64,000 nucleotides of DNA, from assembly GCA_031362155.1 (NCBI GenBank), contig JANLRZ010000206.1:16805-80804 (forward strand), given 5' to 3'. The number at the start of each line of letters is the position of its first letter. Within the stretch, counting starts at the first letter, position 1. The notes under the pieces were generated by a model. It was not told the origin of the DNA. It made no database searches and saw only the letters and a program-made list of their open reading frames with translations. The DNA comes from Acidimicrobiia bacterium (GTDB lineage Bacteria; Actinomycetota; Acidimicrobiia; IMCC26256; JAENVU01). Both the position numbers and the translations under genes were made by a program. Shown piece by piece: positions 35,215-42,842 of this stretch.

Positions 35215-36231
35215 TCAGCCCCCGATTTGGCTCATGGAGCGGTCCGGGCGGATGAAGTTGACCGCACCGATGTTGTGACCGGCCCACTTGGTTCCGACGG
35301 CTTGACTGATCGCCGCGGCCAGTTCGTCGTCGGTGCCACCGTCGCGCAGGACCATCCGCAGGTCGGTCTCGTCGAGTGCGAAGAGGCAGGTGCGGAACTT
35401 GCCTTCGGCGGTGATCCGGACCCGGTCGCAGCTCTCGCAGAACGGTTCGGTCACGCTGGGGATCACCCCGACATCGCCGATGCCGTCGCGGTACCGATAC
35501 CGGGCGGCGGGCTCGACGTGGGCGGCGTCGGCGTGGGTCTGCTCCAGGGGGAACACCGCATCGATGCGCTCGAGCATCTCGGTCGCCGAGACCACCTGGT
35601 CCATCCGCCACTCGGCCGGCGCGTCGAGCGGCATGAACTCGATGAAGCGGATGCCGACGCCTTTGTCCCGTCCGAATGCGGCGAGGTCGACGATCTCGTC
35701 GTCGTTCACATCCCGGATCACCACGCAGTTGACTTTCACCGGGCCCAGACCAGCGTCGAGTGCGGCGTCGATCCCGGCAAGGGTGCGATCGAGTTCGTCC
35801 CGGCGGGTCAGCGCAAGAAAGGTCTCACGCTTGAGGCTGTCGAGCGAGACGTTGACCCGATTGAGCCCGGCGGCCTTGAGGTCGACCGCCATGTCGGGGA
35901 GCTTGACGCCGTTGGTGGTCATGGCCAGGTCCACGCCGAGCGGAGCGAGCATCTCGAAGAGTCGGGCGAGTCCGTGACGGAGAGTGGGCTCCCCACCGGT
36001 GATACGGATGCCGTCGAACCCCCATCGCTCCACACACACGCCCGCGATCCGGGCCAGTTCTTCGTAGGTGAGCAGTTCGGAGCGGTCGAGCCACTGGAGC
36101 CCGGCTTCGGGCATGCAGTAGGTACAGCGGAAATTGCAGCGATCGGTAACCGACAGGCGCAGGTCCCGGACCCGACGTGCAAACGGGTCGACGAGTGGTG
36201 TCGGGTTGGTCACAGGCCCAGGGTAGGTCAC
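35215..36231 (-). CDS. moaA: GTP 3',8-cyclase MoaA (radical SAM)
   Basis: GTG 36231. CNFRCTYCMP radical-SAM cluster motif, a GGEPTLR-like ITGGEPTLR, and a C-terminal Cys cluster FCESCDRVRITAEGKFRTCLF. Confidence 0.95.
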   Translation of the reverse strand: MTYPGPVTNPTPLVDPFARRVRDLRLSVTDRCNFRCTYCMPEAGLQWLDRSELLTYEELARIAGVCVERWGFDGIRITGGEPTLRHGLARLFEMLAPLGVDLAMTTNGVKLPDMAVDLKAAGLNRVNVSLDSLKRETFLALTRRDELDRTLAGIDAALDAGLGPVKVNCVVIRDVNDDEIVDLAAFGRDKGVGIRFIEFMPLDAPAEWRMDQVVSATEMLERIDAVFPLEQTHADAAHVEPAARYRYRDGIGDVGVIPSVTEPFCESCDRVRITAEGKFRTCLFALDETDLRMVLRDGGTDDELAAAISQAVGTKWAGHNIGAVNFIRPDRSMSQIGG

Positions 36232-36516
36232 GGTTCGGCCCCGGTCCCCGTCGAATCTCCCCAGCTTTGATGACCACGCTGGGTCGTCCGAACCATTCCA
36301 TGTACGCGCGGAGAGTGATTACATACGGGACGTTCCACGCACTGCTCGGGAGGCAGGTGCATCGGAACCTTGACAGATTGACCAGGTCACACCTCGGGGA
36401 GGCGTTGATCCGCAAGCGTCCATATGGTCGCAGCAGCTTGCGGGGAGCCAGTGCGAAACCGGCCCCACCCAAACGGGGCCGGTCTTTTCGTAGAACCAAC
36501 GACCCGAGGTTTTCTC

Positions 36517-37260
36517 TTGCGACTGCCTTCCCACCGGGCTCACCGATTTGCCGCTGCCGCACTCGTTGCCGGCTTCGGTGCGGTGCTGCTCCCAGGTACT
36601 GCCGGCGCCACGACCACGCCTCTCACCATCGTCGTCTCCGGCAACGGACCCGCATTCGGTGCCGAGGTCGTGGTGACATGCGAGAGCGCGCCCGTCCCGA
36701 GCACGGGCGGAGTCGACATCGGCGGCGCAGCACGCGCCGAGCGCCACACGGTGGCTGTGGCCGAACACGGCGACGCCACCCTCCAGATCTCTGACCTCAC
36801 CGACGGCACTGCCTGTTCAGTTACCGCGTCGGGCTTGGGAGCAGCCCTTCTAGATGCGGTTGACGGCGGCGTTGCGCTCGTCGGTTCGGATGGGCAGGCC
36901 AGTGGGGTGGCTGTGACGGTGGATCGGGGGACCCCCGTCACAGCGCACCTCACGTTCAAGATCCCGGTCGTGATTCCCGCGCCGGCATCGTCTTCGACGG
37001 TGCTGGACGCGACGAACGCGACCGGTTCGGGCAGCGCGGCTTCACTACCGCCTGCGCTGCCAGGGAGTGATGGTGCAGCATCCGCCGCAGCACCCGTCGC
37101 ACTCGCAGCCGCTCGGTCGACGACAACGGCGTCGTCGGCCGCGCTGCCCGATCCATCTGGTACCGGAACTGCGCTCGTCATCGCCAGCATCGGTGTCCTC
37201 ATCTGCGGAGCTGCGGCCTACGCGCTCACACTCACCCGACGGGAGCCACGCGCTCACTGA
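36517..37260 (+). CDS. Secreted Ala/Thr/Ser-rich protein with a C-terminal motif-TM-basic tail
   Basis: Start set at TTG 36517, 7 nt after GAGG (36506-36509). Signal peptide HRFAAAALVAGFGAVLLPGTAGA|TTTP. C-terminus is LPDPSGTG + ALVIASIGVLICGAAAYALTL + TRREPRAH. ORF-track start 36424 would put a strong hairpin (36458-36482) inside the coding region. Confidence 0.55.
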   Translation: MRLPSHRAHRFAAAALVAGFGAVLLPGTAGATTTPLTIVVSGNGPAFGAEVVVTCESAPVPSTGGVDIGGAARAERHTVAVAEHGDATLQISDLTDGTACSVTASGLGAALLDAVDGGVALVGSDGQASGVAVTVDRGTPVTAHLTFKIPVVIPAPASSSTVLDATNATGSGSAASLPPALPGSDGAASAAAPVALAAARSTTTASSAALPDPSGTGTALVIASIGVLICGAAAYALTLTRREPRAH

Positions 37261-37300
37261 GCCGGCCCTTCAGCTCCATCCAGATCGTGCGGGAGGCCAA

Positions 37301-37326
37301 GTGCCCGGGGGTTCGCCCTCGGGCAC
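37301..37326 (+). terminator. GC-rich hairpin with UUCG tetraloop downstream of the 36517-37260 gene
   Basis: GTGCCCGGGGG-TTCG-CCCTCGGGCAC gives an 11-bp stem (one G.U), 41 nt after the stop. Only a weak U tract follows (TTCC). Confidence 0.45.
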
Positions 37327-37344
37327 TTCCGCGCCCCGGCCCCT

Positions 37345-37396
37345 CGAACTTGCGTCAATAACCCTCGCGATCGGAAGGGTTATTGTCGCAAGTTCG
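37345..37396. repeat. 21-bp-arm inverted repeat (long hairpin) in a convergent intergenic region
   Basis: CGAACTTGCGTCAATAACCCT-(10 nt)-AGGGTTATTGTCGCAAGTTCG, with a single central mismatch (37355/37386). It lies between the stops of the 36517-37260 gene and moeA. Confidence 0.6.
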
Positions 37397-37414
37397 GGTC
37401 AGGTCAAGTTCGGG

Positions 37415-38617
37415 TTAGGTCAGGAGCATGACCTGGACGGGCGCGCCGGGATCGAGGCCGGGACCGTCGGGCAGGATCGCCAACCCGTTGGCGAGCGCCA
37501 TCCCCGACAGCACGTTGCTCGCCTGCGTTCCGCTTCGCACCGCCACGTAGTGATCACCGTCGTAGTGGACGCGCACACGGTCGAAATAGAGCTTCCCGTC
37601 GGCGCGTCGGGGCATGCCCTCACCTGCGATCGCGGTCACGACCGGCCGATCGACCTCGATGTGGCCCATCATCTGGCGCAATGCCGGGCGGGCGAACAAT
37701 TCGAAACTCACATGCGAACTCACCGGGTTCCCGGGCAGCCCGAACACCGGGGTCCCGTCGATCCGGGCAAAAGCCAACGGCTTCGCCGGCTTGATCGACA
37801 CCTGCCACCACTCGAGGACCCCGAGCTGCTCGAGCACCGCCTTCACGACGTCGTAGTCCCCCACCGAGACTCCACCGGTCGTCACGATCGCGTCGCACGC
37901 CGCCGCAGCATCACGGAACATCGCGGTCACCGCGGATTCGTCGTCCCGGCCGATACCGAGGTCGATCGCTTCGCATCCGGCCTCGGCCACCAGGGCCAAC
38001 ATCATCGGTCGATTCGAGTCCCGGATCTGTCCGGGCGCGAGCACGCCCGGTCCTTCACGGAGTTCGTCGCCCGTGGAGATCACGCCCACGCGAATCCGCG
38101 GATAGGCCGGCACGTCGGCCAACCCGAGCGACGCCAACACCCCGAGGTGGGCAGGACTCAGCACCGCGCCCTTGGTGAACACGAGATCGCCTTCGGCCAC
38201 GTCGCCGCCCGGACGGCGGATGTGATCGCCGTGCGTCGCCTCAACCTGGATCATGACGCCGTCATCACCGTCGCGGTCGGTGCGTTCGACCATGACAATC
38301 GCGTCGGCACCTTGTGGCATCGGCGCGCCCGTCATGATGCGAATGGCTTCACCGGATCCGACGGGAATCGTCGGCGCGTGGCCGGCCGCCAGATCACCCA
38401 CCACTCGTAACCGCACCGGCGCCCCGGCGGTGTCGACAGCCCGAACTGCGTATCCGTCCATTGCGGTGTTCGCGAACGGCGGCACGGCTTCACCGGCCAC
38501 GATGTCGCCGGCCAGCACCAGGCCGAGCGCGTCTCGTAACGGCACCATCCCCGCGTGCGGGGTCGGGACCGCGGCGCGGATGTGCGCCTGCACGACCTCG
38601 AGTGACTCCACGACCAT
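37415..38617 (-). CDS. moeA: Molybdopterin molybdenumtransferase MoeA / gephyrin-like protein
   Basis: 400 aa. MoeA N-terminal and MoCF-binding pattern (PPFANTAMDGYAV, ISTGDEL, TTGGVSVGDYD, GLPGNPVSS). Confidence 0.9.
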   Translation of the reverse strand: MVVESLEVVQAHIRAAVPTPHAGMVPLRDALGLVLAGDIVAGEAVPPFANTAMDGYAVRAVDTAGAPVRLRVVGDLAAGHAPTIPVGSGEAIRIMTGAPMPQGADAIVMVERTDRDGDDGVMIQVEATHGDHIRRPGGDVAEGDLVFTKGAVLSPAHLGVLASLGLADVPAYPRIRVGVISTGDELREGPGVLAPGQIRDSNRPMMLALVAEAGCEAIDLGIGRDDESAVTAMFRDAAAACDAIVTTGGVSVGDYDVVKAVLEQLGVLEWWQVSIKPAKPLAFARIDGTPVFGLPGNPVSSHVSFELFARPALRQMMGHIEVDRPVVTAIAGEGMPRRADGKLYFDRVRVHYDGDHYVAVRSGTQASNVLSGMALANGLAILPDGPGLDPGAPVQVMLLT

Positions 38618-38651
38618 CTCCTTCCGCGCGCCGCACTCAGGCGGCGCCCGG

Positions 38652-39536
38652 TCAGATGATGCCGCGTCGGGACAGGGTTTCGAGCAAGAACCGCTCCAGC
38701 TCGGGCGCGAGGTCCTCCCGGTCCAACGCCAGTTCGACGTTGGCGCGCAGGAAATCGACCTTCTGACCGATGTCGAACCGGCCGTCGGTGAACACCTGGC
38801 CGTAGACCGTCTGGTCCTGATTCAGCAATCCGATCGCGTCGGTCAACTGCAGTTCGCCGCCGGCACCCGGCTCGATCCGGTCCAACGCCTCGAAGATCTC
38901 GGGCGTGAACACGTAGCGACCGATGACCGCCAGGTTCGACGGCGCGTCTTCCTGCTTCGGCTTCTCGACGATCGATCGCACCCGCACCAAGGTCTCCTCG
39001 ACCTCTTCGGGCTCGACACAGCCGTACGAAGAGATCTCCTCCGGCTTGACCTGCTTCAGCGCAAGGACGGAGCGGCCGTAGCGGTCGTGCACATCGAGCA
39101 TGGCGCGGAGCAGCGCAGAATCGTCGACCATGATGTCGTCGCCGAGCATCACCGCGAACGGTTCGTCACCGACGTGCTCGCGTGCGACCGACACCGCGTG
39201 TCCGAGACCCAGCGGATCCTTCTGCCGGATGAAGTGGATGTTGCCGAGCTCGGACGACTCTTGCACTTCCTTCAACAGGTCGGTCTTGCCCTGCTGCTCG
39301 AGGTAGTACTCGAGCTCGAAGTTGCGGTCGAAGTGGTCCTCGATCGCGCGCTTGCCCCGACCCGTGATGATGAGAATGTCGGTGAGCCCGGCGCGGACGG
39401 CCTCCTCCACCACGTACTGGATCGACGGCTTGTCGACGACCGGCAGCATCTCCTTCGGCTGGCTCTTGGTCGCCGGGAGAAACCGGGTACCCATACCTGC
39501 GGCGGGAATAACGGCCTTACGGACGCGGGGGTTCAT
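38652..39536 (-). CDS. galU: UTP--glucose-1-phosphate uridylyltransferase
   Basis: AVIPAAGMGTRFLPATKSQPKEMLPVVDKP, LGDD, VEKP motifs. 294 aa. Confidence 0.95.
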   Translation of the reverse strand: MNPRVRKAVIPAAGMGTRFLPATKSQPKEMLPVVDKPSIQYVVEEAVRAGLTDILIITGRGKRAIEDHFDRNFELEYYLEQQGKTDLLKEVQESSELGNIHFIRQKDPLGLGHAVSVAREHVGDEPFAVMLGDDIMVDDSALLRAMLDVHDRYGRSVLALKQVKPEEISSYGCVEPEEVEETLVRVRSIVEKPKQEDAPSNLAVIGRYVFTPEIFEALDRIEPGAGGELQLTDAIGLLNQDQTVYGQVFTDGRFDIGQKVDFLRANVELALDREDLAPELERFLLETLSRRGII

Positions 39537-39603
39537 CGGGTCTCACACCTCATACGGAGCTGACGGTACTGCCTACCCCGGCGTTTTCGGCAGGTCGATG
39601 CGC

Positions 39604-40221
39604 TCAGTTGACTCCTGATTCCGGTGGAGATGTCCCATCCGTCCGGAGTTCGGCCCCGCGGAGCAGTCGCCGGAGGTTCGGCAGGTGTCGAATGATCACC
39701 AGGAGGGCGAGCACGCTCGTGATCCCGATCTCCCATCCGGCTCGACCGGTCAGTGCACAGCCGACGGGGAACAGCACGGCGATGACGAGCGACCCGACCG
39801 AGGCCAATTTCAAGACCCGGGCCGCGACGAACCACACGGCGGCCAATACGAGCGACACCAGCGGGTTCAACACTGCGAGCATCCCGCCCGCGGTCGCCAC
39901 GCCCTTGCCACCCCGAAAACCCCGGGTGACGGGATAGGTGTGACCGATCACGGCCAGGAACCCGAGGACATAGGCCGCCGGCCGACCCGACACCACGAGC
40001 CCGACGCCCGCGGCGATCGCGCCCTTGGCCAGGTCGCCGGCCATGACGAGCAGTCCCGCCTTCCAGCCCATGATGCGGGCGACATTCGACGCCCCCGGAT
40101 TGCCCGAACCTTCGGCGGTGACGTCGTGGCCCCCGGCGCGCGCCACGAGGATGGCCGTCGGGAACGTGCCCAGGAGGTACGCCGGCACCGCAAGGAGGCA
40201 GATCCAGAGGGCGTCGGTCAT
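39604..40221 (-). CDS. plsY: Glycerol-3-phosphate acyltransferase PlsY
   Basis: 205-aa polytopic protein with GSGNPGASNV and FRGGKGVAT motifs. Confidence 0.9.
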   Translation of the reverse strand: MTDALWICLLAVPAYLLGTFPTAILVARAGGHDVTAEGSGNPGASNVARIMGWKAGLLVMAGDLAKGAIAAGVGLVVSGRPAAYVLGFLAVIGHTYPVTRGFRGGKGVATAGGMLAVLNPLVSLVLAAVWFVAARVLKLASVGSLVIAVLFPVGCALTGRAGWEIGITSVLALLVIIRHLPNLRRLLRGAELRTDGTSPPESGVN

Positions 40222-40309
40222 AGGACCCCATTATTCAAGGCCACAGGGGTGTCGGGTAGGATGGAAGGTCCCTCATTCACCCCGTTCTCCCTTTGAGGTC
40301 GCACCGAAA

Positions 40310-40693
40310 ATGCCCACCTATGAGTACGTCTGCTCGAAGTGCGACCAGCACATCGAGGTGTACCAGACCTTCGCCGAAGACCCGCTCAAGCGGCATGCGG
40401 GGTGTGGCGGCAAGCTGACCAAGGTGCTGGGTGCGGTCGGGATCGTCCTCAAGGGGTCGGGGTTCTACCGCACCGACAACCCGTCGTCGTCGCGGCGCAG
40501 CGCCGAGAAGTCCGACAGCTCGTCGTCGAGTTCGGCGTCCGGCAGTGGTTCCGATTCCAAGTCGTCCGATTCGAAGTCGTCGGACTCCAAGTCGTCGGAT
40601 TCCAAGTCGTCCGACTCCGGAAGTTCGTCGAAATCGGATTCGGGCACCAAGAAATCCGACCCGAAGAAATCCAGTACCAAGAAATCGGCGTAA
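40310..40693 (+). CDS. FmdB-family zinc-ribbon protein with a disordered Ser/Asp/Lys tail (Ruc/Rv0991c-like)
   Basis: ATG 40310. MPTYEYVCSKCDQ...HAGCGGKL CxxC...CxxC zinc ribbon, GSGFYRTDN, then a ~65-aa S/D/K low-complexity tail. Confidence 0.85.
   Translation: MPTYEYVCSKCDQHIEVYQTFAEDPLKRHAGCGGKLTKVLGAVGIVLKGSGFYRTDNPSSSRRSAEKSDSSSSSSASGSGSDSKSSDSKSSDSKSSDSKSSDSGSSSKSDSGTKKSDPKKSSTKKSA
40553..40627 (+). repeat. 15-bp in-frame tandem repeat x5 (encodes DSKSS units)
   Basis: gattccaagtcgtcc / gattcgaagtcgtcg / gactccaagtcgtcg / gattccaagtcgtcc / gactccggaagttcg, inside the zinc-ribbon gene tail. Confidence 0.85.
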
Positions 40694-40792
40694 TATCCCG
40701 GCGCGGGTGACGACCCGCGGCACCGAACTCGCGAGGCCCTGCCGCCTCCCCCCTTCCCCGACAGTGTTCATCTCTCCTGTCCGGGGGTTCCC

Positions 40793-41446
40793 ATGTTCCG
40801 ACGTTCTCCACGCGCCGCGATGCTGTGGGCGGCGGCCGCACTCGTTGCCGTCGTCACTGCTACCACGGTGATCAGCACGCTCTCCTCGCTCCGCCACCAA
40901 GACCAAGCCTTCGGCGCGCTCAGCTCGATCGTGGTGGCACGCCGCGATCTCCCGCTCGGCACGCGCCTCACCCGCGAAGATCTGGCGCTGCGCCAACTCC
41001 GTGGCGAATCGCCGGATTCCGATGTGCTGCACTCCACCGCCGCGGCCGCCGGCCGCACGCTCACGACGCCGCTCCTCCGCGGCGGTGTCCTGACCCGTCG
41101 GCATGTCGCACCGGCCGACCGCGGTGGCCTCGGTGCCGTCGTCCCCCCTGATCAGCGCGCCGTGCGCCTGGTCATCGAACACGGGTTGCAACCCGCGGTC
41201 GGCGACCTCGTCGATGTACTGGCCACGTTTGATCCCGCCACACTGGGCGACGGCGGGGACCCGACGATCGTCATCGCACCCGCGGTGCCGGTGCTCGCGG
41301 TCGAGTCGGGCACCGACGCGGGCGACACCGTCGCCGTCACCGTGCTGGTGATGCCACGCACCGCCAGCCGGCTGGCATTCGCGAGTGCCACCGGGACCCT
41401 CAGCCTCGCGCTGGCACCACCCGAAGCCGCGGCGAATCGGGGATGA
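40793..41446 (+). CDS. SAF-domain (CpaB/RcpC-like) membrane-anchored protein
   Basis: N-terminal TM MLWAAAALVAVVTATTVI, then a SAF-like segment IVVARRDLPLGTRLTREDL. 217 aa. Confidence 0.6.
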   Translation: MFRRSPRAAMLWAAAALVAVVTATTVISTLSSLRHQDQAFGALSSIVVARRDLPLGTRLTREDLALRQLRGESPDSDVLHSTAAAAGRTLTTPLLRGGVLTRRHVAPADRGGLGAVVPPDQRAVRLVIEHGLQPAVGDLVDVLATFDPATLGDGGDPTIVIAPAVPVLAVESGTDAGDTVAVTVLVMPRTASRLAFASATGTLSLALAPPEAAANRG

Positions 41447-41486
41447 GCGGCGACACGAACCGAGGGAGCGAACAGACGCGTCCGGG

Positions 41487-42842
41487 TTAACCACCCGCCA
41501 TGGTCATGTCGCCGATCAAGATCGTGAGGCCCGCAGTTCCGCCGGGCAGCCACGTCAGATCGGATCCGAGCGCAAGCACGTCGAGCAGCATCCGCGGCAA
41601 CGTGGAGGCGATCGTGATCTCTCGCACCGGTCCCGCGAACTGCCCGTCGCGCACCATGAGGCCCTCCGCCCCCACCGAGAAGTCTCCGCTCGCCGTGTTG
41701 GTGCCCGAGTGCAGCCCCGACACCGATTGGACGTAGAGCGCCTCGGGCACCGCAGCCATGACCTCGGCCGCACTCATCGTTCCCGGAACGAAATGCAGTG
41801 CCCGGGCCCCGACCCCCGGCGTGGAGGCGTAGCCCCGCACCGCGGAACCCGTGGTCTGCGCGCCGGTCCGGCGCGCGGTATAGAGGTTGTGGAGAAAGCT
41901 CTCCAACCGACCATCGCGCACCAGTGTGGTCGGCCGCGTCGGGACCCCTTCACCGTCGACGGGGCTCGCGCCGAACGCGGCCGGGTTGGTGGGGTCGTCG
42001 ACGATCGTCACCCGCGTGGCGCCAACCATCTCCCCCATGCGGTCGGCAAACATGGAACGGCCCTTCAGTACCGCCTCGCCGTTGAGTGCCGCGCCGAGCA
42101 ACCCGAGGAACGACGACGTCACGAGCGGGTCGAGGATCACGGGAAGCCGCTGGGTCTTGGGTTGGGTTGCCCCCAAGAGCCGGGTCGCTCGCTCCGCTGC
42201 CATGGTCGCGGCGTGATCGATGTCGAGATCGGCGTAGGCCCGGCCGACGGAAAAACCGTACCCGGTCTGGGTGGCATCCCGATCTCCCGCGAGCGCGGCA
42301 CTACTCACCGACGTCATCGTGCGGGCCAGCGACGCCGAGACGCCAGTGGACGCGACCATTGCCATCTCGAGCGAAGCGTCGCCGTAGTCGGTCGATTCGA
42401 CGCCGCGCACGCGAGCGTCGGCCGCGAGCACGGCGCGATCCAATGCGATGGCGAGCGCGACTTTGTCTTCGGTGGGCGTCGATCCGACGTCGCCGCGCCA
42501 GAGGTCGAGTTCAACGGGGGTGCGGCCATCAACGTCGGCGGGCTCGGTCAGTCCGTAACCGTCATCCGGTGACCCGTAGGCAGCGTTGTCGCGGGCGTCG
42601 GCGGTCGTCGCCGCGACGACCTCCGGTTCGAGCGACCCCGCGTACGCGATGCCTTGGCGCCCGTCGACGATCACCCGGACACCGATCCCTGCGACCTCGG
42701 CGACGGCGAGCGACTCGACGTTGCCGTTGAAGACTTTGACTTCGGTCTCGCGCGACTGGATCACGTAGGCCTCGAGCTGCTCGCCCGGCTGCACGCCCTC
42801 GACGACGCGCGCGGCAATGGAATGCAGGTCGGAAGTGCTCAC
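41487..42842 (-). CDS. pmbA: PmbA/TldE-family metalloprotease subunit
   Basis: 451 aa, TldD/PmbA fold pattern without HExxxH. The GTG start overlaps the tldD stop (GTGA at 42839-42842). Confidence 0.85.
   Translation of the reverse strand: MSTSDLHSIAARVVEGVQPGEQLEAYVIQSRETEVKVFNGNVESLAVAEVAGIGVRVIVDGRQGIAYAGSLEPEVVAATTADARDNAAYGSPDDGYGLTEPADVDGRTPVELDLWRGDVGSTPTEDKVALAIALDRAVLAADARVRGVESTDYGDASLEMAMVASTGVSASLARTMTSVSSAALAGDRDATQTGYGFSVGRAYADLDIDHAATMAAERATRLLGATQPKTQRLPVILDPLVTSSFLGLLGAALNGEAVLKGRSMFADRMGEMVGATRVTIVDDPTNPAAFGASPVDGEGVPTRPTTLVRDGRLESFLHNLYTARRTGAQTTGSAVRGYASTPGVGARALHFVPGTMSAAEVMAAVPEALYVQSVSGLHSGTNTASGDFSVGAEGLMVRDGQFAGPVREITIASTLPRMLLDVLALGSDLTWLPGGTAGLTILIGDMTMAGG

Noticed and set aside
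36370-36375. Perfect TTGACA -35 hexamer on the + strand upstream of the secreted-protein gene
   Set aside because: No acceptable -10 (TANNNT) follows at 16-19 nt spacing; the downstream sequence is CCTCGG. It is kept only as part of the unexplained-region finding.
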